Source of the DNA: Toensbergia leucococca
Lineage: Eukaryota
DNA length: 64,000 nucleotides
Direction of reading: 5' to 3'
Assembly (NCBI GenBank): GCA_022813965.1
Contig: JALDZS010000010.1
Location: 124,001 to 188,000, forward strand
The notes beneath the pieces were generated by a model. The model worked only from the letters and a program-made list of their open reading frames with translations, made no database searches and was not told the DNA's origin. Below, one piece after another: positions 26,555 through 36,707 of this stretch (its first letter is position 1; every line of letters starts with the position of its first letter). The position numbers and the translations under genes are program-made.

Positions 26555-26792
26555 AGATAAAATAAGTGATAGAGAAATAGATAACTAATAAGTAACAATA
26601 CTGTTAGAATCTTTACAGACTATATGAGTGAGAAATATACTCACCTACTGAATAATGATGATGCTCTCAGATAATTCCCTTATAACTGTTGAGACACCAG
26701 TACTAAATTTGGTATAGGCTTAGTAATTGGGGTGGGAGGTGAGGGGGGATCTGCGGTGCCAAGATTTCACAGATGAATTGCACGCGCTAAAT
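26555..26792 (-). repeat. Right terminal inverted repeat (about 235 bp)
   Basis: ctgttgagacaccagtactaaatttggtataggcttagtaattggggtgggaggtgaggggggatctgcggtgccaagatttc...gcacgcgctaaat. Confidence 0.92.
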
Positions 26793-29592
26793 CTCAGCCG
26801 CGAGCCGCCTAACCGCTCACCATTACATTGGAGTTTGATTTCTGTCACATTGATGTGACAATATTTTTGCTTTTTGCGCTCTCGGTCACGATGCATCAGT
26901 CATGTTGTTGGCTAAGTGCTCTCAGTCCTGCCACATATCTGCTGAAATTTCTGTCACTGAATTTAGATATCCTGAACATTGTCCTAGTGCCACAAGGTCA
27001 TATCATCAGGTTTGAAGTTTTGATGTAGTGCATACACATCACGTACCGCAACATTTGCCAGACCCTGTTCAAGCTCTACAAGAAACTTGTCCCGTCACTA
27101 AGCCATGTGAAATTGATGCCGCTTGCGAAGCCGAGTTCTCCTCTGCGACTGTGTACCCCGAGATCAAGGATTGACCAAATGGCATGCTTTGATTATTCCC
27201 CAGGTATCCCGCTTCGGCGAAGGTGAGCCAGATGCCGGATGCCAGCTCCATGTCTGGGCGTGGCGGGCAGGTTTCGACTGTGCCAGCATCACCGTTGCAA
27301 CCAGTTCTTGGTGCTTTGATACTCTACAAAACCGAGCTTGGTGGGGCGGCCTTCAGGCAGGTCTCTTAGTTTCCTCAACATTGGCTCGGAGAGTAGTGGA
27401 TGGTGGACACACTACTGAGGAAGATCTGGCCCGTATGTCAAAGGCACGGCGAGATTGAGGTATCGACGAGCACAGTTGGTTCGCGTCACTGCATGGCGAG
27501 ATCCTCTACTAGGTGTAAGATTCCGGAACTGTCATGATTTCCTATTGACAATTCAAGTAATTTCATATCCTAGTTCGGGAGTTCCTATTTCAAAATCCAG
27601 AATTGTCTGATTTAGGTTCTCTGTTGTTGTTGTCGTCTGTTTTTTTGCTTTGTTCTGATGAATCAGAATCAAGATAGTCACTCAATGGTCAGACTTCACT
27701 ATCATCCTTCTTCAAGACCCTCTGTCGCGTTTCAATCATCTCCAACAATCACTTCATCATCAACAATTAGCAAAATGTTGCGCCCATATTTTATCGTTGC
27801 AGGCGCCGGTTCACGAGTGACCCGCAGAAAGCGCAGGAAGCCTCAGACTCGGATGTTCTGGCTTCGAATTCCTTAGAGTCTGATCCTATAACTTCATTAG
27901 ATCGTAATTTCACAGAAAGCGAGAGTTCCGACGTACTCGATGGAGCGCAAGCTACGATCGAGCGATGAAGCAGCTTTTGCAGGAAAATGATGAAAAGAAG
28001 AAACTCTTAGACTCGCAGCAGTATTAACCTTGATGCTCAAGAGCAATCCTCCGCTACGGGTGTGGCCATAGCATTATCTGGGTGGGAACCCATTGCTGTG
28101 CTGATCCTGCGCTCTGTGAGAGGCAAGGTTTTGTGTCCGACTCCGATATAGTATGTCCATGGTGCGTAAGAGATTCTTTACGTGTGACAGTACAGAAATT
28201 ATCATGTATCACCCAAACCCAGCAACTTAAATGCGGACATATAGTCACCCAGATAAGTAGGCATTCCCACTCTGACATTTCGACTTGTCGAACGGAAGAA
28301 TGCGGGATTGAAAGAAATGAATGAGCCATGTTCGCATTGCAAAAGGGGTGTTCGAGCGCCTACGCAGGAGCAAATGGAAAGGAGCGGTACATTTCACAAG
28401 GGGAGCGAGGCCTTCTGGAAGACAAGCGACGCGTTCTGTAACGGGAGCAACACCATCTGTGCGGAAAGACTAGATTACGTCCAAGAAGGGGCGATAGGCC
28501 AATCGACCACGTGCTTCATAGATATCGGCGACTGCAGTTGCGGCCGCTCGGTCAATTAGATAGGGAAGAGATGTTTCTGTACCGACCCTTTGAGCTGTCG
28601 GAGATCAGAACGAGTGACTGACTTCGATTCTAGCTGTCCTTTTAGCGAATTAAACATCAAGGTTATTAGGAGAAACGCTCTGGAGGAGTAAGGTAAAGAG
28701 GGCAGGACGAAAATAGAGCGCTAGAAGAGATGAGAGACGAAGAGGAGCAGACGATGACCGAATCCGGCGGATTAACCGTCAATATCCATAGGAGAATCGT
28801 ACAGGGGCAGCATATAATGCAGCATGTAAACAGAGAGCAAGAAGTGCATGCAAAGGAATGAATACGGGAGGGTCAACACCGGGGACTCGTAATCCGGGGA
28901 CACAGGATCCGAATTGGCATACGCTACTTGCAGATGTCCAGTTGGCGTGATAGACCCATCCATGCTTGGTTCTAAGACACCAATCTTAGGATGGGGAAAA
29001 GGAGGAAAGGCAAGCGAGTAAGCGGTTATACGGGGAGGAGAATGGGCGGTGTTTTTATTTGATATTGATGTTTTCTCGCCCCTCCTTTTGGAATGCGTTG
29101 GAACTTTTTTCTATTCGGGCGTCCTGATAAAAGGGGTTTGAGTGGATTTTCTTGGCTTCTTGGGTTTTGAGGTTTTCGGTGAATTGGAAAGCTGATAAAT
29201 TTTAAGTGAGTCTTTATGCTAAGGTTTGTCGGAGCTGAGGGTTGTTTTGCAAAGATGACATGTACTGCATTAATCAACATATGAGACAACTTATTCCCCT
29301 TTAGAGAATGAATTGTTCTTTTCGAAGAAATACGCGAAAAAGCTGTGCCATCTTCCCTTCACTCTTACCCTTTACATTTGCATCAATGAGACCTCCTTCA
29401 TATGTTCTGTTAGAGGTTGCAGGCTAATGATAAACCCGCTACACTCGATTTTCTTTTCTAGACAGTACTAATCGTCAATTTTCGAATGCTGTGTGAACTG
29501 AGATCTTGAGTCCATGGAGAGTCAAAGTCTCACTTTTTTTTCTAGAGTTCTGTATATGTACTCACAATAATAATTATCTTACTATGTGAGCT

Positions 29593-30510
29593 TCACGTGT
29601 TAATATTGTCACCGTCATCATCATCATCATCATCATCGTCATCGTGCTCTCTCTCATCGCCATCACCTGCAAGGGCGACCTCCAAAACCTCCTCGTCGTC
29701 GTTCTCAGGTTCCGCTTCTTCATCATACTCATCATCATCACTCTCCTCATCACTATCAACACGACGTTTATGATGTTCCTCAGGCGCACTCCTCATTTCC
29801 CACAAGGGCGTCCAAGTCGCTTTTGAGTGGAGCCCATAATCAGGAGTTTTTACAATTTCGCTGCGTTTCCGCTTCAGAAGCTTGACTTGGCTGTACTGGA
29901 TGGCGAATACCATCTTCTCGGGAACGGAAACGGCTCTCTCGTGGCTGGAATCACGAGCAGTCCTGGCTCCCACACTGGGATCAAGCGGGGTGGGTATCGT
30001 GACTCCAGCAATACTCAGGACCGGCGCGCTGATTTCGCCACCCACAGCGTGTGTGTGTTTATCGACCGATTTGATCTTGGCATCGGTCAGGACCAAAATA
30101 TCAGTGATCATCCACACTTTCTTCTTCAAGGAGATGATATTCCTTTCGAGCCATGATCGGGCTGCTTTGGTCGAGCAGATGTTGTAGAGCCATTCGTCTG
30201 CTTGGACCAGTTGACGTCTCTCTGCTCTGGCGGCCTCGATGGATCTGATGGTATCTGATCCGATTTTGAGGTGCTTGGAGAAAAACGAGGTCAAATTGAC
30301 CTGGAATTTGTTGCTGTTGAACTGGCTGTGGAATTCTGCGAGATCTCGAAATTCGGTCTTGGTTAATCTAGGGTCAGCCTGTTTGAGGTCGGGGTCACCC
30401 CGCACGTCAAAATAATTCTGTGGCGTTTCTCGATTCGTGACCAGGCGTCCGGGCTTGGCGATATCGGTCTGTACAGGACTGACGGAAAGTATCCAGCGTT
30501 TGTTCGGCAT
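29593..30510 (-). CDS. Fungal gasdermin-like protein (HET-Q1/RCD-1 type), 305 aa, with acidic C-terminal tail
   Basis: Intronless with ATG at 30510. Motif order KPGRLVTNRETP ... ARSWLER ... VWMITDILVLTDAKI ... GGEISAPV ... LDPSVGA ... MVFAIQYSQVK ... W matches my recollection of fungal gasdermin-like proteins. The core is about 240 aa plus a tail, and a protease gene is adjacent. Confidence 0.72.
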   Translation of the reverse strand: MPNKRWILSVSPVQTDIAKPGRLVTNRETPQNYFDVRGDPDLKQADPRLTKTEFRDLAEFHSQFNSNKFQVNLTSFFSKHLKIGSDTIRSIEAARAERRQLVQADEWLYNICSTKAARSWLERNIISLKKKVWMITDILVLTDAKIKSVDKHTHAVGGEISAPVLSIAGVTIPTPLDPSVGARTARDSSHERAVSVPEKMVFAIQYSQVKLLKRKRSEIVKTPDYGLHSKATWTPLWEMRSAPEEHHKRRVDSDEESDDDEYDEEAEPENDDEEVLEVALAGDGDEREHDDDDDDDDDDGDNINT

Positions 30511-31011
30511 GGCGACCCAGCCTACAGAGCGGCGATGAGTGTCTGGTTGAATGCTATAACACGTCGGGTAGCAAAACTGAGGGCAACGTTGTGGATTGCC
30601 GTGCAAAAATCAGGTAAAAGACTTCAAGCAGCCTATCTCAATGAAGCAGGGCACCATGTGGCTGAGAGTATTTAACTAATAAAAGCATGTTCATTCGGTC
30701 CTCTTGGGTACAAGGAATGGTATCAAAGACCTTACTTATTCGAGGTTCGTTGAAGTACCTTATGCCGTGGTGAAGCTAGGCTACCGTCCTATCTAGCACC
30801 CTAAATTTATATTTATTTACCTGAACCTTATGTACAACTCCCCACTGTCAACACTCACTATACTGCGAGCATCAGCCGTGCAAATTACCCACTCCTGCTT
30901 GCCATGCGAGTTCTTCATTCGCCGAATGATCACAGCATCCCAATTGGCGTGAAGCTGTCTAGACCAAGCTTACTGCAGTGATTGCGTAGCCAGAGACTCA
31001 GAGCAGTCGCC

Positions 31012-34000
31012 ATGGGGACTTTGATATTCATGGAGGGAGATGAGGTGGGTGCGACGTATTGGTCGCCAGCTCCGGAGGCTTTGAATTACATGGCACTGGC
31101 ATGGTGGGCCAATCTGATTCAAAAGTGTCATGATGAGCATCAAAAGGGGAACCGCACTTATGGCGCGCAGTTCAGCTCATCAATCGCGGCAGCATACGAG
31201 ATGCAGTCATGGGAGCTGGAGCACAACGAGTCCGAGCTATCAAAGGCCTGCTTTTTCCGTAGGCTAGCCCTTGCACTTGCGAGGAAGCCGAACAACGACA
31301 CCATGGCCGCGCTGAAAACCAAATACTCTTTTAGTCTACTTGTCAAGGCAACGTTTGTGAGCGAAGAGAGGTTTGTCCTCGAAGCATTGCGACTATGCAG
31401 GGAAGCAATTCTCCTCAAGCCAAGTATAGCTGGCACGAAGATGCTGCTGGCCCGCATTCTGTTATGGTTCATTTGCGACTCCAACATTCTCGATGATGCC
31501 CTGAGCGATTTGGAAGTAGCTATTAAATTCATTGAAGAAAGCATGGTGGAATCACCTAAAGAATTTAATCATGCATACGGAGCCGATACCCATCTTCAAC
31601 GAGCTTTCGAAGCGCGCTACATCCACCAAGGAGAAGAGGATAATATGCAAAGAGCGTTGTCACTAGCGCAAGTTAAAGAAGATGAAAACCTAGGAGAAGT
31701 GGCAAGTCCTCATTCTAAAAAATTGTCAATCGCACGGAAGAAATTTGTGGTAGACAATCGTGCGCTCGACGAGGTCATGCGAGATATGGAATGTGAAACT
31801 TCTGAAATGGCAGCACAATTAGCAAGCCAGCCGCAGGGTTTCCACAAGATTCACCACCTCATGATACCTGGCCTAGCGAGGGAGGCCTTGGAGGCTGGAC
31901 TCCTAGCCTTTCAGAGTCCCGTCGAGGTCGAGGATGATCGCAAGCAGCCAGCTTCCAACTTTCTGATCGGCATGAATTATTTTGTTCGAAAGAAAGAGAC
32001 TGAAAGAGGGCGTGAGTCCGATTTTGAGAACGCCATCTCCTTCTTGGAGGCAGCGCAAGACGATGAGTCGACTAACACAGAACAACGTCTGCTATCATCT
32101 GTGCTTGTTGCTCGGTCACGTTGGAATTTAGGAAAGGCGAGACGTGAAATAAGTCTTTTACTAGCTGGGATGGAGAGCATGGCATTACTGTTGGAACACT
32201 TGACAACTGACGCTTCACCCTCGACTTCCGTTCTATTTGATATGATGGAAAGATCCTACTTCTTCTGGAGAAGCAACCAACGCGCAGGATTTCTCTCCAA
32301 CGCTGCAAAATTCGCCTCATATTTATTGCGAGAAGATCAAACGAGAGACATGCCACCCAGTGCTCTGTCTGCTATTTTGTGCAAGGGCGGAGAGATTGCG
32401 GCCGACATATGCATAGCTCAGCCAGATCAGGCGCTCCTCCAAGGGCCTTTGATATATTGGAGACGATGTTGGCAGAATAGGCGAGCCGCACTCAATACCC
32501 GTCTCCACGCAATGCACCTTGCGTCAAAACACTTGTTCCGCCAAAACAGGTATACAGAAGCTTTCCAGTATGCGAAGAAAGCTGTTGAGCTTGTACGATT
32601 CGCCTGCCCTGCTCATCTTGATATGTCGGAACGCGAGGGTTTGGTACCCCTACTTAATGGCATCAGCGTCGATGCATGTGCTTTAGGTATCAAGCTCGGC
32701 CGGGACAAAGAAGCTCTCGAGCTACTGGAGCAAGGACGAGGCATTCTCAATTTCCTTCCAGACGCCTTTGCTGACTCACTGGACGGACTACGTCTCGAGC
32801 ATCCGCAACTCTTCGTGAAGTTTGACCAATGTCGTCAGAGCATTCTGGCTATTTTAGATTCTCGCGATCCAGCAGAGCAAATGGACTTCGAGGCAGAAGG
32901 TCCCAATGGAAACAATGACGAAGACGATTTTGACCAATTGACATCTGTGCTCGAGGAAATCAGGCAAGAACCGAAGTTCAAGAACTTCTACCGACCAATC
33001 ACTGCAGCCGAAATGCAAAGTCTTGCAACCATAGGCCCCATAGTCGTACTCGTGGGAAGCTCGTTGCTTCCGTATGCCGTGATTGTACGGCAGCAAAGCA
33101 TACAGACCGTGGACCTGTCACCCGAAGCTGTGGATTCCTCGCCGTTTGGGGATATAGCTTCTTTCCAAGAAATGCACTCAAGACTGGACCATATTCTTGG
33201 CCGTGAGCTTTTTCGCCTTGAATTCTCAATAGACGAGCAGGCATATATCCAACGCAAGAAGCTCAGTAATGTGGAGAAAGCTGAAGGTTTGCAAGGCTTG
33301 CTCCATTTTCTATGGCACGCAGTCGTTGAGCCTATCAACAAAGTCTTGAATTATGAGGGACCCCCAGGACGGACCATGTTAGACTCGGCAATGAGTGCTT
33401 GGAAAAACCGTGTCACTTGGATCCGAACTGGAAACTTCAGTCGCATGCCCTTCCATGTTGCCATGGACAATGAGAATGTTCCCTTTAATTCACGGGCAAT
33501 TAGCTCTTATGTGGCGAGCTTCCAGTCCTTGTCTTTGAGTCATTCGCGCCATAAGACTGCTCAGCGGGGGCTTGAAGATGGTCTTTTGGTCACCATGCCG
33601 TCAAAAGCCAAAGGCGGACCATTTCTCAAAGCCGAAAACGTGGCAGAAGAAGTGTCCGCCGTTATCAAATCCGCTTCGAGTATTAATTGGTCAGTTCTAG
33701 AGCGCCCATCTGCCGAGCTTGTCAAAGACAAATTTCCAGACGCAAGGTTCATTCACTTTATTTGCCACGGGGTAGAAGATGCAAAGAAACCTCGGAGAAG
33801 TCACTTAAAATTATGGAAGGAGACGACACCTGGAAAAGGTCGTGTAGACCCCTTGTTTGTGTCCGATGTTTCCACCTGGCTGACTAAGAAGACTGCCTTG
33901 GTCTTCCTGTCTGCTTGTTCCGTGGCCGATACAGAGAGCCCCAGTTTCTCGGATGAAAATTTGGACATTGCCAACTCGTTCTCCGTCGCCGGCGTCCCAG

Positions 34001-34368
34001 ACGTTGTGGGCTCAATGTGGCCGGTGGAAAGTTCGGTTGCCACGAAGGTAGCCAGCGTTTTCTGGCATTTCTTGTCTGACTTCTTCCCCAACGGAGGAAT
34101 ATTGGATGGAGATCTAGTGGCGCGGGCACTGCAGACTGCAATACTTGTCACTGGCTCCAGCTATCCTGGCGATCCTTTGATGTGGGCGGGCTTTATCCAT
34201 ATTGGTGGCATGGGTTCTCGGTCCTTGGCGGATGTGAGAGGTAATGCTGACGATGACAATGAAGAGGACTGGACAAGTACAGATGATGAGATTTATGCGT
34301 CGGAAGATGATAATGGTACATTAGAAGGTGAAAGTGAGGAGGGGGACGGTAAGTCCGATTCTTCATGA
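31012..34368 (+). CDS. CHAT-domain (caspase-like, clan CD) protease with long helical TPR-like N-terminal region
   Basis: Intronless, about 1118 aa. ALELLEQGRGI, LWHAVVEPI, SRMPFHVA, ISSYVAS, catalytic FIHFICHG (His about 33766) and VFLSACS (Cys about 33916), VVGSMWPV, ARALQTA and WAGFIHIG. Confidence 0.9.
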   Translation: MGTLIFMEGDEVGATYWSPAPEALNYMALAWWANLIQKCHDEHQKGNRTYGAQFSSSIAAAYEMQSWELEHNESELSKACFFRRLALALARKPNNDTMAALKTKYSFSLLVKATFVSEERFVLEALRLCREAILLKPSIAGTKMLLARILLWFICDSNILDDALSDLEVAIKFIEESMVESPKEFNHAYGADTHLQRAFEARYIHQGEEDNMQRALSLAQVKEDENLGEVASPHSKKLSIARKKFVVDNRALDEVMRDMECETSEMAAQLASQPQGFHKIHHLMIPGLAREALEAGLLAFQSPVEVEDDRKQPASNFLIGMNYFVRKKETERGRESDFENAISFLEAAQDDESTNTEQRLLSSVLVARSRWNLGKARREISLLLAGMESMALLLEHLTTDASPSTSVLFDMMERSYFFWRSNQRAGFLSNAAKFASYLLREDQTRDMPPSALSAILCKGGEIAADICIAQPDQALLQGPLIYWRRCWQNRRAALNTRLHAMHLASKHLFRQNRYTEAFQYAKKAVELVRFACPAHLDMSEREGLVPLLNGISVDACALGIKLGRDKEALELLEQGRGILNFLPDAFADSLDGLRLEHPQLFVKFDQCRQSILAILDSRDPAEQMDFEAEGPNGNNDEDDFDQLTSVLEEIRQEPKFKNFYRPITAAEMQSLATIGPIVVLVGSSLLPYAVIVRQQSIQTVDLSPEAVDSSPFGDIASFQEMHSRLDHILGRELFRLEFSIDEQAYIQRKKLSNVEKAEGLQGLLHFLWHAVVEPINKVLNYEGPPGRTMLDSAMSAWKNRVTWIRTGNFSRMPFHVAMDNENVPFNSRAISSYVASFQSLSLSHSRHKTAQRGLEDGLLVTMPSKAKGGPFLKAENVAEEVSAVIKSASSINWSVLERPSAELVKDKFPDARFIHFICHGVEDAKKPRRSHLKLWKETTPGKGRVDPLFVSDVSTWLTKKTALVFLSACSVADTESPSFSDENLDIANSFSVAGVPDVVGSMWPVESSVATKVASVFWHFLSDFFPNGGILDGDLVARALQTAILVTGSSYPGDPLMWAGFIHIGGMGSRSLADVRGNADDDNEEDWTSTDDEIYASEDDNGTLEGESEEGDGKSDSS

Positions 34369-36707
34369 GGAACTCTATGTACAAGACCTACCGGGTACGA
34401 TCAATGACACTTGGGGCGGATGATTGCTGATGTATGGCGTCCCGATCTTTCTACATGGAAATATCTGTACATCAAGTATCGCGGCAGCTTGTCGACACTG
34501 CCTTGACAAACCCGTTTTTGCGGTCTGTCTATACCGCTACCAGCATCAGCATATCGGCAAGTTTTAGAGCGGAAATTGGAAAAGGGAACAGAGGAACAGA
34601 AAGACATTGGGGACTCATTGGATTACCCGCAGTCAAGTTTGGAGGGTCTATCAGATTGGCATGCCACTGGAGGAAGGATATTAATTGACGCATTCAACCA
34701 GAGGCGCTAGAGCTCCAGCATCACTCACAAGAAGGGGTTTATTCTCTTGCTGTCATCCCTCTCTCGCCCATAGAGCAGCATCGCCCATTCCACCATCTCA
34801 GACAAGGCTAAAACCTTGGCACTGTACCGAGGAGCGACTGACGGGCACAGTGATGCTATGTTTGTGTCTAGTTGTTTTGTTGATCACGAGTCGAGCCGGG
34901 GCGATCGTTTGTTTGAATTAGTTGGAATCCACCATTGTTCGTCAACGTTTTGATTTCGTTAAAATATACCCGGATACTTGCGACTGAGGTTTTCATTGGC
35001 AGCGCGTGCAACAAATCCTCGAGAAGGACTTACCTCTCAACAGAATCTAAAAGGATAGTGGCAAGATACCTATCTGTATCTCTGGGGCGACGGCGCTGCT
35101 CAATAAACTCCCTGACGAGACTTGTAACTTTCCCATATCCGGCAATCTTATTCTGATCACTATCTTGACACCTGGTGCATTTCCACCAATTGGGGATCTG
35201 GAGACCTAGGGAGATAAATGGGACTGTTTAAAGAGTCCCAGCTCGTTGAAAAGTCACACTCCAGCCTCTGTAGAGCAAGAAGGATTTTAGGAAGCGGTGG
35301 AGGAAGCGGAAGGGTGAGTGAGTTGATAATGCTTTACAGGGAGAAATTGCTTATTTTTCTTTCCTTTTGAGGAGCAGATCTCAGATATTGTGTCATCTGA
35401 CCCCCCGTTTTGAAAGATGCGTTCATTAATATGGTAAATATATACACTGCTACAGTGATTAAATTCACACACACTGAAAAGTCAAACAAAAAGGTCAAAG
35501 ATTTTTTTTTTGCAACGGAGCGTTCAGAACTAGGCATCACCTCAAGCTTTTCATTATGTATGAATGGTACATGCAACTATATCAACCTTGAGAATACAAC
35601 CCTCATAGATTTCTTTCATGAGACAATGTCTTAAGCAATGCGCACCTCCCTTTTTCTCTTTCAAACTCAACCCTCAACAAACTCAACATCTTAATCACCC
35701 TTCATAAAAAGGGGTCTCACAAACACTGAATCATCGAAACATTAATCTCAACAACTTTCTCAGACTTCAAAGCTATCAAAGATGCAAAGTCACACTCATC
35801 TCTCTCAGTCTCATCTTACAAAAAAGGAGCAAAAAAGACATCTTGAAGAATTTTAAAACCCTTGTTGAAGGAAAGAATAAGAAAGCTGAAGAAGTTAAGG
35901 GAGGGAATAAGAGAGAGAGAAAAGAAGAAAGAATGAGATGTTAATGAGTGAGATGATTGAGTGATTGAGATAATGAATTCTTGCCTCACTCATTTATTCT
36001 CATCTGTCTTGATTTGTGAGAAAGGGGGGGGGGAAGGGAAAAGGAAAAGAAAAAAGAAAGGTAAAAGAGAGAGGTGAAAGAGAGAGGTGAAAGGAAGAGA
36101 TGAAAGAAGAAGATGAATTTCAGTAGTAAAGTAATCAAGCAAAGACAAAAGAAAGAAATGAGAAAAGAAGTATTCAACTCCTGCAATTCTTTTGAAGAGG
36201 ATTGAGGATGAGGTTTTTTGCATGAGATGAGGTATGAGGGATGAAAGATGCTTAAGAGAGAAAAGAGTGTGAGGTGATTGAGTGTGAAAGAATGTGAGGT
36301 AGTTAAGCCTCAAGTGAACTAAATTCAATACCTCAACTTTTTCTTCAAAGGGTGAAAGGTGAAGGGAGATGCAGCTGATCTATTTCATTTCTGCGTTCCA
36401 AGTCCCAAAAAACAAGCGATCTTAGCTCCAGCTAAAAGATATCCTGTCCAGCAGTTCTTTTGTTCTACGGAGAAGTCTCATAAATCATGTTTCATAATGA
36501 ATCATATCAATCTAGGCAAGAAAGATCTCGTATCCAGCCCCCGCCCCTCCCGAACCGGCGGCTCCCAATCCTTAAAACCCAAAAGACAAGAATGCTCTCC
36601 CCTTCCAAGCCTCCCCTTCCAAGCCATACCCCCCCCCCTCCGCTAAAATGTAAGCTCCACCCAAGGAGAAAAAAACCTCACGTCAAATCCAGCAATAAAA
36701 ATAAACC

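Larger units (their letters stand above)
22688..26792. mobile_element. About 4.1-kb Tc1/mariner-superfamily DNA transposon, heavily C>T/G>A mutated (RIP-like)
   Basis: Long terminal inverted repeats, a sharply AT-rich interior and a degenerate DD34E transposase. Ends are compatible with a TA duplication (att-TA|element|TA-aat). Confidence 0.88.

Noticed and set aside
27000..27530. GC-balanced stretch with overlapping short ORFs right of the transposon
   Set aside because: Stops occur in all plausible frames and no family motif is recognisable, so no call can be supported.
30511..30606. N-terminal extension of the 337-aa ORF call for the gasdermin-like gene
   Set aside because: It starts at a non-ATG codon. 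The gccATG at 30510 is the plausible start.
31158..34151. Multiple antisense ORFs within the CHAT gene, and similar ones inside other genes
   Set aside because: They are shadow ORFs of real coding sequence with no independent motifs.
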